A stretch of 64,000 nt of DNA from a bacterium (GCA_035691305.1 DASSJF010000061.1:1329-65328), one strand, 5' to 3'; positions 11,320 through 20,600 are shown, numbered from the stretch's first letter. Notes: a model not told the origin generated them from the sequence alone. Numbers and translations are program-made.

Positions 11320-12708
11320 CTATCCCCGACTACCCGCCCGTTCGGTCCGGAAGCTTTCCACAAGACTTTGGACACCGGCGTTCAGATGGGTATCTTCGGC
11401 CAGCGCGTGCTTTACACGATCGCAGGCGTGCATGACCGTGGTGTGGTCCCGCCCGCCGAACTCCTCGCCGATACGGGGTAGCGACGCGTCGGTCAGTTCC
11501 CGGCAGAGATACATGGCAACCTGGCGGGGAAAGGCAACACCCTTGGTCCGCCGCTTCGCCTTCATTTCCTCGATGCGAATCCCGAAAAACTCCGCGACGG
11601 CGCGTTGGATCGCCGGAATGGTGACCGGACGTACCCGTGCCTGCGGCAGAAGCTCCTTTAGCACATCGGTCGCGAGATCCACCGAGATCGGCGTCCGCGT
11701 CATTTCGGCGTGGGCGCGCAGCCGGCTGAGCGCTCCCTCGAGCTCGCGGATGTTGGACGAGATCCGCTGGGCGATGTACTGCGCGACCTCGTCGGGCACA
11801 ACGATTTTGTCCTTTTCGGCCTTCTTGCGAAGAATCGCGACGCGGGTCTCGTAATCCGGCGGTTGGATGTCCGCGATGAGGCCCCATTCGAACCGCGAGC
11901 GCAGTCGGTCTTCGAGGGTCGGAATCTCCCTGGGCGCCCGGTCGCTGCTGATGATGAGCTGCCGGCTCGACTCGTGCAGGGTGTTGAAGGTATGGAAGAA
12001 CTCTTCCTGGGTGCGTTCCTTTCCGGCCAGGAACTGGATGTCGTCGATCGCGAGCACGTCGACATTGCGGTACCGGTGGCGGAACTCCACCATTTTGTCG
12101 TCGCGGATCGCGTTGATCAGGTCGTTCGTGAACCGTTCCGAGGAGACGTACATCGCACGCGCTGACGGTGAATGGGTCAGGACGTAGTGCCCGATTGCCT
12201 GAAGCAGGTGGGTCTTACCGAGACCGACGCCGCCGTAGATGAACAAAGGATTGTACGCACGGGCCGGCGCCTCCGCGACGGCCTTGGCCGCGGCGTGGGC
12301 GAAACGGTTACCGGCGCCGACGACGAAGGTGTCGAACGTGTATTTCCCGGCGAGGTGGCGCGCTTCGACAGGGATCCCGGCCGTGGCCGCGTCGATGCGG
12401 GCGACGGACTGTGTCGGCGCGGTGCGGGTGTTTTGTCCGTTCTGGTCGCTCTCCGTGACGATGAAGCGAATGTCCACGCCCCGGGTCAGGACCTCGCGCA
12501 GCGTCTCCGTGATGAGGCCGCGGTAGCGGCCCTCCAGCCATTCCTTCGCGAACGCGCTCGGCACCGAGAATACGAACACGTCCTGCTCGAGCGCGAGCGG
12601 CTGCATGGCTTTGAGAAACGCTTCAAAACTCGGCTTGCTGAGCTGGCTCTCGATCCGGGTAAGGGCTTCCTGCCAGACCTGGCCGGCTGTAATGCTCTGT
12701 ACGTCCAT
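11320..12708 (-). CDS. dnaA: Chromosomal replication initiator DnaA
   Basis: 462 aa. AAA+ Walker A 'GGVGLGKTHLLQAIG', and the C-terminal domain IV 'RQVAMYLCRELTDASLPRIGEEFGGRDHTTVMHA'. Confidence 0.97.
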   Translation of the reverse strand: MDVQSITAGQVWQEALTRIESQLSKPSFEAFLKAMQPLALEQDVFVFSVPSAFAKEWLEGRYRGLITETLREVLTRGVDIRFIVTESDQNGQNTRTAPTQSVARIDAATAGIPVEARHLAGKYTFDTFVVGAGNRFAHAAAKAVAEAPARAYNPLFIYGGVGLGKTHLLQAIGHYVLTHSPSARAMYVSSERFTNDLINAIRDDKMVEFRHRYRNVDVLAIDDIQFLAGKERTQEEFFHTFNTLHESSRQLIISSDRAPREIPTLEDRLRSRFEWGLIADIQPPDYETRVAILRKKAEKDKIVVPDEVAQYIAQRISSNIRELEGALSRLRAHAEMTRTPISVDLATDVLKELLPQARVRPVTIPAIQRAVAEFFGIRIEEMKAKRRTKGVAFPRQVAMYLCRELTDASLPRIGEEFGGRDHTTVMHACDRVKHALAEDTHLNAGVQSLVESFRTERAGSRG

Positions 12709-12750
12709 GTGCTGGGCCCTCCCGTGACGCGTCGATCAGGCGACGTGCGC

Positions 12751-13569
12751 CTACGCCTTGAAGACGGAGCCGAGGAACGCGACGCCCTCCCCGGTGAGCG
12801 TCCGCTTCCCCGGATCGGCGGTGCCGACCGTCAGCAGACGCATCTGCTGCAGCGCGGACAGCTCGCGAAATGCGGTGCTGTGGCTCATCCCGAGTTCTTT
12901 CGCGATCGTGGACGGACCGGCCGCGCCGATCTCGGCGATCAGCAGTAGGATCTTCTTCTGACGGTCGGTGAGGCGCGCGGTGTCCGCCGCGGCGGCGGGT
13001 CGCGCGGCGGGTGTCTGTCGAGGCGCGGCGGGCGCTTCCGCCGCCGGGGCGGCCGGACCGACTTTGAGCGTGACGACCGTGCCGCCGCGCAGGTTCTCGT
13101 CGATCGTGATCGCGCCGCCGAGAAACGCGAGCTGTTCCTTCGCAACCGGCAAGCCGGACCCGACGCCCTTGATGAACCGCCGCATGTCGCGCGTCGCGGT
13201 GGTGAACCCGGGCTCGAACGCGCGATCCCTGGCGTTCTCGGGGATGCCGGGTCCCTGATCCGAGATCCGGATCGTGTTGCCGTCGCCCATGATCGAGACG
13301 ACCGCGTCTTTGAAATAGGCGTGAATGAGGTTCTCCACGATCTCCTTGATCACGACGAAGGGGATGCGCCCGCCGCGCTCTCGCGCGTAACGGTGCGTTC
13401 GCGCAGACAATTCGCCGATCAGCTCGTTAAAGTCCTGAGAAGAAAGGGTGATGATCTGCGGCGGTGCGAGCGGCGAATCGTAGATGGCGACGCGAACCTC
13501 AGGCGCCTGCGCCTGGTCCGACGTTCCGTCTCCTCGTTGAGACACGAGCCGCAGGAAGAAGTCTTCCAT
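12751..13569 (-). CDS. GHKL (HATPase_c) ATPase-domain protein with a C-terminal winged-HTH; no recognisable DHp/His-phosphotransfer domain
   Basis: N-box 'IKEIVENLIHA', G1 'ISDQGPGIPE' and G2 'GVGSGLP' define a Bergerat ATP-binding fold. A Pro/Ala-rich linker leads to 'LTDRQKKILLLIAEIGAAGPSTIAKELGMSHSTAFRELSALQQMRLLT', a MarR/ArsR-like HTH. Start is taken at the internal ATG 13569, which has a GGGGGAG Shine-Dalgarno 8 nt upstream; an alternative start is 13686. Only 42 bp separate its stop from the dnaA start, with no terminator. Confidence 0.6.
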   Translation of the reverse strand: MEDFFLRLVSQRGDGTSDQAQAPEVRVAIYDSPLAPPQIITLSSQDFNELIGELSARTHRYARERGGRIPFVVIKEIVENLIHAYFKDAVVSIMGDGNTIRISDQGPGIPENARDRAFEPGFTTATRDMRRFIKGVGSGLPVAKEQLAFLGGAITIDENLRGGTVVTLKVGPAAPAAEAPAAPRQTPAARPAAAADTARLTDRQKKILLLIAEIGAAGPSTIAKELGMSHSTAFRELSALQQMRLLTVGTADPGKRTLTGEGVAFLGSVFKA

Positions 13570-13686
13570 CGACGCGACTCCCCCGCGTGCGGACACAACA
13601 TTGGCCGCATGCGGGTGCCCTCCTTTTGTTTTCGCACACGCTGTGTACTTTTCGAATATCCCGCTGAAATGCCGTGGTGCGGTCAA

Positions 13687-14060
13687 CTCTGTGGAGAGAT
13701 GATCGCCGTCTTTTCAGCGGTCGCGGGCGGTCCTCGTCGCGCGCGCGGTGTGCAGGCTGTGTACCGAGCGGATAACAGCGGGTGGACCATGTTATCCACA
13801 GGTGTGGAAAAGATTGTGGACAATTTGGACGGACTCCTGCCGGCCTCGGAAAAAGCACCGCAACCCGTTACAAAACCGCACAAAACGACCGAGGTCATGG
13901 CACGGCGTCACGAAAGTGTGGACAACTGGGCACACTGCCCACAGGTTATCGCCAGTTCGGTGAAATCCGGCACGCTTTGTGGTCGGCAGCGGAGTGTCGT
14001 GGACGGTCCGCGGGCCGTTATGCTATAGTCATTTGGTCTCTTGTTAAGGGAGTGTCGTTG
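13687..14060. promoter_or_regulatory. DnaA-box cluster and divergent promoter region (upstream of the GHKL-HTH/dnaA unit and of rpmH)
   Basis: A perfect TTATCCACA is at 13791-13799. One-mismatch boxes are TGTGGAAAA (13802-13810), TGTGGACAA (13814-13822) and TGTGGACAA (13915-13923). Weaker boxes are at 13689-13697 and 13767-13775. A 'TATAGT' -10-like element lies near 14022. Confidence 0.6.
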
Positions 14061-14198
14061 GTGAAGCGTACCTTTCAACCAAACCGCAGGCGCCGCGCCC
14101 GGACGCACGGGTTCCGGGTACGGATGCGCACGCCGGGGGGCCGCAATGTGCTGCGCCGCCGCCGCCAGCGCGGACGGCGCCGTCTCTCACCCGCGTAG
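14061..14198 (+). CDS. rpmH: 50S ribosomal protein L34
   Basis: GTG start. '[41 protein letters not shown]' is the canonical L34. A GGGAG Shine-Dalgarno lies upstream. Confidence 0.9.
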   Translation: MKRTFQPNRRRRARTHGFRVRMRTPGGRNVLRRRRQRGRRRLSPA

Positions 14199-14238
14199 CC
14201 GGCCAAGCGCCGCCGGCCCGACGCGGCCGCCCGGCCGC

Positions 14239-14562
14239 TTGGTGTCGCGAGCGGATTTTTCCCGAGTGTACCGCGAGGGGCGCCGCTATGCCGGAGAAAC
14301 GCTGGCGCTGTACGTCCGCTCGACGGACGGCGTGCGCCGGGTCGGTGTGACGGCGGGCCGCGGTCTCGGCGGTGCCGTGATTCGGAACCGAGCAAAGCGT
14401 CGTCTGAGGGAAGCGTACCGGCGGATCGAGGCGCGGCTGTGCGCCACGGGGGATCTTGTGCTGGTCGCGAGGTCCGCGGCGGTCAACGCCGGGTTTGCCG
14501 AGATCATGCGTGAAATGGAAGCGCTTTGCGCTGCGGGGCGGCTGCTGTGCGGCGCGACGTAG
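14239..14562 (+). CDS. rnpA: Ribonuclease P protein component
   Basis: '[27 protein letters not shown]' and the '[13 protein letters not shown]' RNR motif. The start is set at TTG/GTG just after rpmH, because the tracked ORF start overlaps rpmH. Confidence 0.85.
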   Translation: MVSRADFSRVYREGRRYAGETLALYVRSTDGVRRVGVTAGRGLGGAVIRNRAKRRLREAYRRIEARLCATGDLVLVARSAAVNAGFAEIMREMEALCAAGRLLCGAT

Positions 14563-14567
14563 GCCGG

Positions 14568-14804
14568 GTGGTAGGGGTCGGCGTGATCCGCGGGTACCAG
14601 CGCTGGATCTCGAGATTCCTCCCGCCGTCCTGCCGGTTTACCCCCTCGTGCTCGGAGTACGCCCTCGAGGCGATCGAGCGGTACGGAATCGCGCGCGGCT
14701 CGTGCCTCGCCCTGCTGCGGATCCTGCGCTGCCATCCCTTCCATCCGGGCGGCTACGATCCGGTCCCGGACCGGCGCGAACCAGGGAGGCCTAACGTTGC
14801 ATAA
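14568..14804 (+). CDS. yidD: Membrane protein insertion efficiency factor YidD
   Basis: '[31 protein letters not shown]' is the YidD/hemolytic-domain signature. Start is set at the GTG after the rnpA stop. Confidence 0.8.
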   Translation: MVGVGVIRGYQRWISRFLPPSCRFTPSCSEYALEAIERYGIARGSCLALLRILRCHPFHPGGYDPVPDRREPGRPNVA

Positions 14805-15612
14805 TCCGTTCGTGCCCTGGCTCGGGAGCGCACTCGCGGCGCTGTACCGCCTCACGCACGACTACACGCTCTCGGTCATTCTGCTCACGCTGATCGTGAA
14901 AGCGGTCATCCATCCGCTCACGCGCGTCCAGCTGCGGTCGATGAAGGCGATGCAGGTGCTCACACCGCACATGGAGCAGCTGCGGCGGAAGCACAAGGAC
15001 GACCCTAAGAGTCTCAACCAGGAAATGATGGCGCTCTATCGGGCCCACAACGTGAACCCGATGATGGGTTGCCTGCCGATGATCGTACAGCTGCCGGTGC
15101 TGTGGGGGCTCTTTGCGCTGCTCTCGAACCGCGCCCTGTTCGGCAATGCCACCGTGATCGGGATGCCGTGGCTGGGGCTGGCGGAGCGGCCGATGCAGCG
15201 CGTGCTCGAGGCGCTGCCGAGCCATCCCATCTACCTGCTCGCGCTGATCTTCCCGGTGCTGGTTGGGGGTACGACGTGGTACCAGCAGCGGATGAGCATG
15301 ACCGATCCGACGCAGGCCCGGTTGTTTGTTTTCATGCCGATCATGTTCGGATACTTCGCGCTCAACTACGCCGTGGGGTTGTCGATCTACTGGATTGTCT
15401 CGACCGCCGCGTACGTCGGCGAGTATTTCCTGGTTGTCGGCAGGCCGTCTCCGATGGTGGCGGCACCGCCAAAGTCTCAGGCGGCCGCACAGGCGCGCTC
15501 CTCGACGCCGGCGGCTCCTACGGCACCGGTCGGCCCGGCACCGGCACAGCCGTCCGGCGGGAGGCGCGCGAGCCGCCGCGACCGGCGTCAGAAGGGGGCG
15601 AAGCAGGCGTGA
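14797..15612 (+). CDS. yidC: Membrane protein insertase YidC/Oxa1 family (short form)
   Basis: 271 aa with five TM segments. '[16 protein letters not shown]' and '[14 protein letters not shown]' are conserved YidC motifs. The C-terminal tail is basic. Confidence 0.9.
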   Translation: MHNPFVPWLGSALAALYRLTHDYTLSVILLTLIVKAVIHPLTRVQLRSMKAMQVLTPHMEQLRRKHKDDPKSLNQEMMALYRAHNVNPMMGCLPMIVQLPVLWGLFALLSNRALFGNATVIGMPWLGLAERPMQRVLEALPSHPIYLLALIFPVLVGGTTWYQQRMSMTDPTQARLFVFMPIMFGYFALNYAVGLSIYWIVSTAAYVGEYFLVVGRPSPMVAAPPKSQAAAQARSSTPAAPTAPVGPAPAQPSGGRRASRRDRRQKGAKQA

Positions 15613-16361
15613 ACTCCGCAGAGGGCGCCGGGCGCACGGTGGAAGAGGCGATCCGCACCGCGCTCCGCGCGCTCGGCGCGAAGCGCGAAGACGTCGACCT
15701 CATGGTGCTGGACGAAGGGAGTCGCGGCGTGCTCGGCCTCGGCTCGCGGGAAGCGCGAGTCCGCGTGACGCTGCTTTCGGCGATCGAGGCGGGCGAAGCT
15801 CAAGAGGGGGTCGCCGCGCCGGTCGACACGGGGGACGATCCCGTCGCGGTGGCGCGGCGCGTGACGGCGTCGCTGCTCGACACCATGGGCATCGGCGCGT
15901 CCGTCATGGCGCGCGCCGAGGACGGCGGCGTGGCGGTCACCGTGACCGGTCCGCAGCTCGCGCCGCTGATCGGCCGGCACGGCCAGACGCTCGAGGCGCT
16001 CGACCTCCTCGTCAATCTGATGACGACACGCCAGCTCGGTCATCGCGTGCAGGTCGCCGTCGATGCGGAGCGGTATCGCGAGCGGCGGCGCGAAACGCTG
16101 TCCGCCCTGACACGTCGCGTCGTGAGCCGCGTCCGGCGGGACGGCCAGCCGGCGCCGCTCGATCCGATGCCGGCCTCGGAGCGGCGGTTCATTCACACGA
16201 TGCTCGCTGAAGACCCCAACGTCATGACCTACAGCGAAGGCGAGGGCGCCGACCGCCATATCGTCATCGCGCCGCGCGGCGGCGCGGTACCTGCCGGCTC
16301 GTCTTCCCGTCGCGGTGCGCCGCCCGCGGACGACGAGGCGTCGGAAGACACGGACACCTAA
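15609..16361 (+). CDS. khpB: Jag/KhpB RNA-binding protein (Jag_N, KH and R3H domains)
   Basis: The GTG start overlaps the yidC stop as 'GTGA'. 'TVEEAIRTALRALGAKREDVDLMVLDEGSRGVLG' is Jag_N, and there is a C-terminal R3H 'RRFIHTMLAEDPNVMTYSEGEG'. Confidence 0.85.
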   Translation: MNSAEGAGRTVEEAIRTALRALGAKREDVDLMVLDEGSRGVLGLGSREARVRVTLLSAIEAGEAQEGVAAPVDTGDDPVAVARRVTASLLDTMGIGASVMARAEDGGVAVTVTGPQLAPLIGRHGQTLEALDLLVNLMTTRQLGHRVQVAVDAERYRERRRETLSALTRRVVSRVRRDGQPAPLDPMPASERRFIHTMLAEDPNVMTYSEGEGADRHIVIAPRGGAVPAGSSSRRGAPPADDEASEDTDT

Positions 16362-16367
16362 GCGCGC

Positions 16368-17084
16368 GTGCCGAGTCCGCGAACGTCTCGCGGATCGGAC
16401 CTTACCATTCCGGCGGCCGCCGCCGGCCTCGGGCTGTCACTCTCCGTCGACCAGCAGTCTCGTCTCGACCGTTACCTCGCGCTCGTCGACGATTGGCGCG
16501 GCCGCGTGCAGCTGACCGGCGTGGATCCCGCCGATACGCCGTCGGTGCTCGTCGTGGGTGCGCTGTGCGTCGTCCCGTACCTCCCGGGGTCGGGTATCCT
16601 GATCGATCTCGGCAGCGGTGCCGGCGTGCCGGGGATCCCGGTCGCGGTGATGCGTCCGTGCCTTCGCGTGATGCTGGCGGACTCGGAGCGTAAGAAGGTT
16701 GCGTTTCTCGAGATCGTCCTCCGCGAGCTCGAGCTTCCGAACGTCGACGTGACGCAGGCACGCGCTGAGGACCTCGGACGCGACGCCGCACATCGCGGGC
16801 GCGCGGACGTGGTTACGGCGCGGGCGCTCGCGCCCGTGCGGGTGCTGGCGGAGTACGCGTTGCCGCTGTTACGGATCGGCGGGAAAGCGGTGTTGCCGAA
16901 GGGCCGCGGCGCGCTGGGCGAAGTGCGCGCCGCGGCCCGCGCGCTGCATCGGCTCGGCGGCGAAGCCGACCTGCACGAACCGTCCGCGTCGTTTTGTTCG
17001 CCCGTCGTTGTGCTGCGGAAGACGGCGCCGACGCCTTCGGCCTATCCCCGGCGCGCTGGTACACCCGAGCGGCATCCCCTTTAG
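16368..17084 (+). CDS. rsmG: 16S rRNA (guanine527-N7)-methyltransferase RsmG (GidB)
   Basis: The SAM-binding motif 'ILIDLGSGAGVPGIPVAV', and its position between jag and parA. Confidence 0.9.
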   Translation: MPSPRTSRGSDLTIPAAAAGLGLSLSVDQQSRLDRYLALVDDWRGRVQLTGVDPADTPSVLVVGALCVVPYLPGSGILIDLGSGAGVPGIPVAVMRPCLRVMLADSERKKVAFLEIVLRELELPNVDVTQARAEDLGRDAAHRGRADVVTARALAPVRVLAEYALPLLRIGGKAVLPKGRGALGEVRAAARALHRLGGEADLHEPSASFCSPVVVLRKTAPTPSAYPRRAGTPERHPL

Positions 17085-17233
17085 GCGAGGTCCGATGCTC
17101 GACGTCTCCGCGAAATGTACGCTCTCAGTAATGTGTATGATTCTAAACATATAAATGTCTTAACTCAAAGTCGCCGGGTGCGGAGCCGGGCGGCGCACGT
17201 GACCGGCGATCGGCTGCCACCGCATCGGAGGAT

Positions 17234-18214
17234 TTGCCGGAAGGTTGCGGGAACACGTCCACGATCGCGGGACCATCGATCGGGGCAGTGATCGCACTTT
17301 CGACGCAGCATAGAGGAGCCGATCGCACGGCGCACGTGTTTGCGATCGTCAACCAGAAGGGCGGCGTGGGGAAATCGACCACCGCCGTCAACCTCGGCGC
17401 CTCCCTCGCGTCGCTCGGCCACCGCATCCTCCTCGTCGACATGGATCCGCAGGGCAATTGTACGAGCGGCGCCGGCATCAGCAAGGCCGCGCTCGATGCG
17501 AGCACTTACGACGCCGTCGTGATGAACTCGCCGCTCGCCGGCGTTATCGTGCGCACGCCGACCGAGCGCCTCGAGATCGCGCCCGCGGACGCGCGCCTGG
17601 CGGCCGCCGAGGTCGAGCTCGTGCCGCAGATCGCGCGCGAGTCGAAGTTGAAGACCGCGCTCGCGGGCGTACGGGACCGGTACGACGTGATCCTCATCGA
17701 CTGTCCGCCGTCGCTCGGCCTCCTGACCGTGAACGCGCTCACCGCCGCCGAGGCGTGTCTCATTCCCGTGCAGTGCGAGTACTACGCGCTCGAGGGGCTC
17801 ACGCAGCTCGTCGAGACGATCGGCTTGGTGCGGCGCCACCTCAACCCCGGGCTGCGCGTGGCCGGCGTGCTGCTGACGATGGTCGATCCGCGCACGAAGC
17901 TCTCGGATCAGGTAGGCGAGGAGGTCCGGCGGCACTTCGCCGATCTGGTCTTCAAATCCGAGGTCCCGCGCAGCGTACGGCTGGCCGAAGCGCCGAGCTA
18001 CGGTCAGCCCGTTTCAACCTACGCGCCTACGTCGCGCGGAGCGGCGGCGTACACCGCGCTCGCGGCCGAGGTCGCGGAGCGATTCGGCCTGGAGTGGCAC
18101 CAGGCGGTCCATAGCGCGGCCGCGCCTGGACCGGACGCCGCACGCGAAGACATCGACGGGGAGCCTGTGCCGCCCGGGCTCAACCCAACCACTATCGGGA
18201 GGAGTGACGACTAA
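17234..18214 (+). CDS. parA: Chromosome partitioning ATPase ParA (Soj)
   Basis: Deviant Walker A 'NQKGGVGKSTTAVNLGASLA' and 'LLVDMDPQGN'. The true start may be the in-frame GTG at 17336 ('VFAIVNQKGG'). Confidence 0.9.
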   Translation: MPEGCGNTSTIAGPSIGAVIALSTQHRGADRTAHVFAIVNQKGGVGKSTTAVNLGASLASLGHRILLVDMDPQGNCTSGAGISKAALDASTYDAVVMNSPLAGVIVRTPTERLEIAPADARLAAAEVELVPQIARESKLKTALAGVRDRYDVILIDCPPSLGLLTVNALTAAEACLIPVQCEYYALEGLTQLVETIGLVRRHLNPGLRVAGVLLTMVDPRTKLSDQVGEEVRRHFADLVFKSEVPRSVRLAEAPSYGQPVSTYAPTSRGAAAYTALAAEVAERFGLEWHQAVHSAAAPGPDAAREDIDGEPVPPGLNPTTIGRSDD

Positions 18215-19062
18215 TGATCAAGCGTGGTCTCGGACGGGGGCTCGACGCGCTGATTCCCGGCGCACTGGCGGAACCGGTCGGCACCGCCGCAGAGATCGAC
18301 GTGTTCCGCATCTCCCCGAATCCGTTCCAGCCGCGCCGGGACTTTTCTGGCCGGGAGTTTGACGAGCTCGTGGCATCGGTACGCCGGCACGGCGTGCTCC
18401 AGCCGGTCATGGTGCGGCCCAAAGACACCGGGTATGAGTTGGTGGCCGGCGAGCGTCGTTGGCGCGCCGCGAAGGACGCAGGCCTCGTCACTATCCCTGC
18501 CGTCGTCAAGAGCGTGGCCGACCGCGAGATGCTCGAAATCGCGTTGATCGAAAATCTGAAGCGCACCGATCTCAACCCCATCGAGCGCGCGTTGGCGTAC
18601 CGGCGGCTGTCGGATGACTTCCAGCTCACGCAGGACCAGGTTGCTGAAGCCGTCGGCTCAAGCCGTCCCGCGATCGCCAACACGCTTCGGCTGCTTGACC
18701 TCCCGTCCGAGGTCCAGTTGTCGCTCACAACTGGCCGGATCAGCGAGGGACATGGCAGGGCGCTTCTCATGGCGCCCGACCAGAAAGCCCTGCTAGAACT
18801 CTGGAAGCTGGTGGAGGAAAAGGCGCTCTCGGTCAGGGAGACAGAGGCGCTCGTCCAGGCGCGCGTCCGCCGCGTTTCACGTGAAACAACTGTCAGGCGC
18901 GGACGGCGGCGAGATCCTCAGATCGTTGACCTCGAAACCCAGCTGCGCGAGCGGTACACCACCACGGTGGCGATCCGCGGGAAGGGCTCCCTCGGCATCA
19001 TCGAGCTCCGCTACTTTTCCAACCAGGATCTCGAGCGCCTGATCGACCTGCTCCTTCGCTAA
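18214..19062 (+). CDS. parB: Chromosome partitioning protein ParB (Spo0J)
   Basis: The ATG overlaps the parA stop as 'TAATG'. ParB box 'GERRWRAAKDAGLVTIPAVV' and HTH 'QDQVAEAVGSSRPAIANTLRLL'. Confidence 0.93.
   Translation: MIKRGLGRGLDALIPGALAEPVGTAAEIDVFRISPNPFQPRRDFSGREFDELVASVRRHGVLQPVMVRPKDTGYELVAGERRWRAAKDAGLVTIPAVVKSVADREMLEIALIENLKRTDLNPIERALAYRRLSDDFQLTQDQVAEAVGSSRPAIANTLRLLDLPSEVQLSLTTGRISEGHGRALLMAPDQKALLELWKLVEEKALSVRETEALVQARVRRVSRETTVRRGRRRDPQIVDLETQLRERYTTTVAIRGKGSLGIIELRYFSNQDLERLIDLLLR
18873..18888. promoter_or_regulatory. parS centromere-like site (15/16 match) inside the parB coding region
   Basis: cGTTTCACGTGAAACA, compared with the consensus tGTTTCACGTGAAACa. Confidence 0.75.
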
Positions 19063-20600
19063 ACGCTGGTCACGTACTCAGGTTGCTCGGTCGCCTGCCT
19101 GGCGCGGGTTGCGAGGAGCCGTCTCATCGCTGCCGACAGGCGGCGCACACCCTCTGCCAGTAGCTCCTCCGGTTTGTCTGCAAATGACAGGCGCAGCCCG
19201 GACGGGGGCGGCGTGTGCGGCAGGAAGAGATCTCCGAGTCCGCACGCGACGCCTTCTTTGAGGGATTCGTTGAACGCCTCCCTTGCCGGAATCTCGGGGG
19301 GCAGCGTAACCCACAGGTTGAAGCCGGCCGCGGGGCGGCTCCAGGTAACGCCCGCCGGCATCGACGCCTCGAGCATTCGCAGCACCGTATCCCTCCGTCG
19401 GCGGTAAGTCTCTCTGGCTATTCGAAGATCCCGAGCGTACTGCTTGGATGACAGGTAACGCCACAACGTCCGCTGGATCAGCGGCGACGTGAACCGGTCC
19501 ATGACCAACTTCGCCTCGATCAGGCGTGCCATGAGTGGACCATGGGCGACCACGCATCCGACCCGGAGCCCAGGAATGACCGTCTTCGAGAAGCTCCTGA
19601 CGAACATCACGTGCCCACCCGAGTCGTAGGCTTTGACCGCGGACGGGGCATCCCCGTCGTAGGAGAACTCGCTGCAGATGTCATCTTCCAGCACGATAAG
19701 ATTATGCTGCCTGGCGAGCGCGGCCAGCCGACGCCGCCTGTCATCGCTCATGACCGCACCCGTAGGATTCTGCGCGGTAGGGATCGTGTAGATAAGACGC
19801 GGCCGGTAGCGTTCGACGAGTGCCGCCGCCATCTCGACCCGCATCCCGTCTGAATCGACGGGCACGCCGACAAGGTTGACCCCGCGGCCTTCGAACACGT
19901 CCAGGGCCGTCGGGAACGTGGGGCTCTCGACGAGGACGTGATCTCCGGGCGCGAGGAGCGTTCTGGCCACGAGGTCGATCGCCTGCTGGGATCCGGACGT
20001 GATCAGCACATCGTCCGGCCTCGCCGTGATGCCGGTGGCGCCGCAATACTCGGCGATCCACCCTCTCAGGCTCAGATCTCCCTGGGGAGATCCGTACTGC
20101 AGGAATTTTGGATCTTCGACCGCAAGCGCACGGTGCCACATCCTGCCGAGCGCCCGTACCGGAAATAGTGTCGGATCCGGGATGCCGCCAGCCAGTGCGA
20201 TCACGCTCGACCGAACCACAGGCCTAAGGAGCGCCTCCATCGCCGTTACCCGCGGAGACCGCATGTGTATCGGTACGGACGACTGCCACTCGGTCCCATC
20301 GAGGGTGTGGGCTGTTTCACGTGAAACAGCGGATGTCTGGGCCGCTGTCTGCGGTCCCCCCGCATACGTTCCACGGCCGACCGTGGCCTGGACGAGTCCA
20401 TCCGCTGCCAGCACCTGGTACGCCTGGACGACGGTGATGAGGCTTACGTCGAGCCTCCGTGCGAGTTGGCGCACGGACGGGAGCCGCTCGCCCGTGCCGA
20501 TCTGTCCAGATCGAATCATCGAGGCGATGCCCGCGTGGAGTTGCCGGTACAGAGGCGTCTCTGATTCCCGGTTTAACGCGAGGGATTCGTGCGCCATCAT
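19059..20600 (-). CDS. pdxR: MocR/GntR-family PLP-dependent transcriptional regulator, PdxR-like
   Basis: N-terminal GntR wHTH ('PSVRQLARRLDVSLITVVQAYQVLAADGLV') fused to a class-I aminotransferase-like domain. It is divergent from an HD-hydrolase/pdxS/pdxT cluster, which is the typical PdxR context. Confidence 0.75.
   Translation of the reverse strand: MMAHESLALNRESETPLYRQLHAGIASMIRSGQIGTGERLPSVRQLARRLDVSLITVVQAYQVLAADGLVQATVGRGTYAGGPQTAAQTSAVSRETAHTLDGTEWQSSVPIHMRSPRVTAMEALLRPVVRSSVIALAGGIPDPTLFPVRALGRMWHRALAVEDPKFLQYGSPQGDLSLRGWIAEYCGATGITARPDDVLITSGSQQAIDLVARTLLAPGDHVLVESPTFPTALDVFEGRGVNLVGVPVDSDGMRVEMAAALVERYRPRLIYTIPTAQNPTGAVMSDDRRRRLAALARQHNLIVLEDDICSEFSYDGDAPSAVKAYDSGGHVMFVRSFSKTVIPGLRVGCVVAHGPLMARLIEAKLVMDRFTSPLIQRTLWRYLSSKQYARDLRIARETYRRRRDTVLRMLEASMPAGVTWSRPAAGFNLWVTLPPEIPAREAFNESLKEGVACGLGDLFLPHTPPPSGLRLSFADKPEELLAEGVRRLSAAMRRLLATRARQATEQPEYVTSV
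20313..20328. promoter_or_regulatory. parS site, perfect 16-bp palindrome, inside the pdxR-like coding region
   Basis: TGTTTCACGTGAAACA exactly. Confidence 0.8.

Noticed and set aside
12751-13686. Calling the GHKL-HTH protein a sensor histidine kinase or an RsbW-type anti-sigma factor
   Set aside because: There is no DHp/H-box dimerisation domain or membrane sensor upstream of the ATPase fold. The protein carries a DNA-binding HTH instead of the short RsbW architecture, and there is no adjacent sigma/anti-anti-sigma pair. Left as an uncharacterised GHKL-HTH.
17085-17233. AT-rich rsmG-parA intergenic region as an additional origin or parS element
   Set aside because: No DnaA-box or parS-like sequence is present. 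It is most simply the parAB promoter region.
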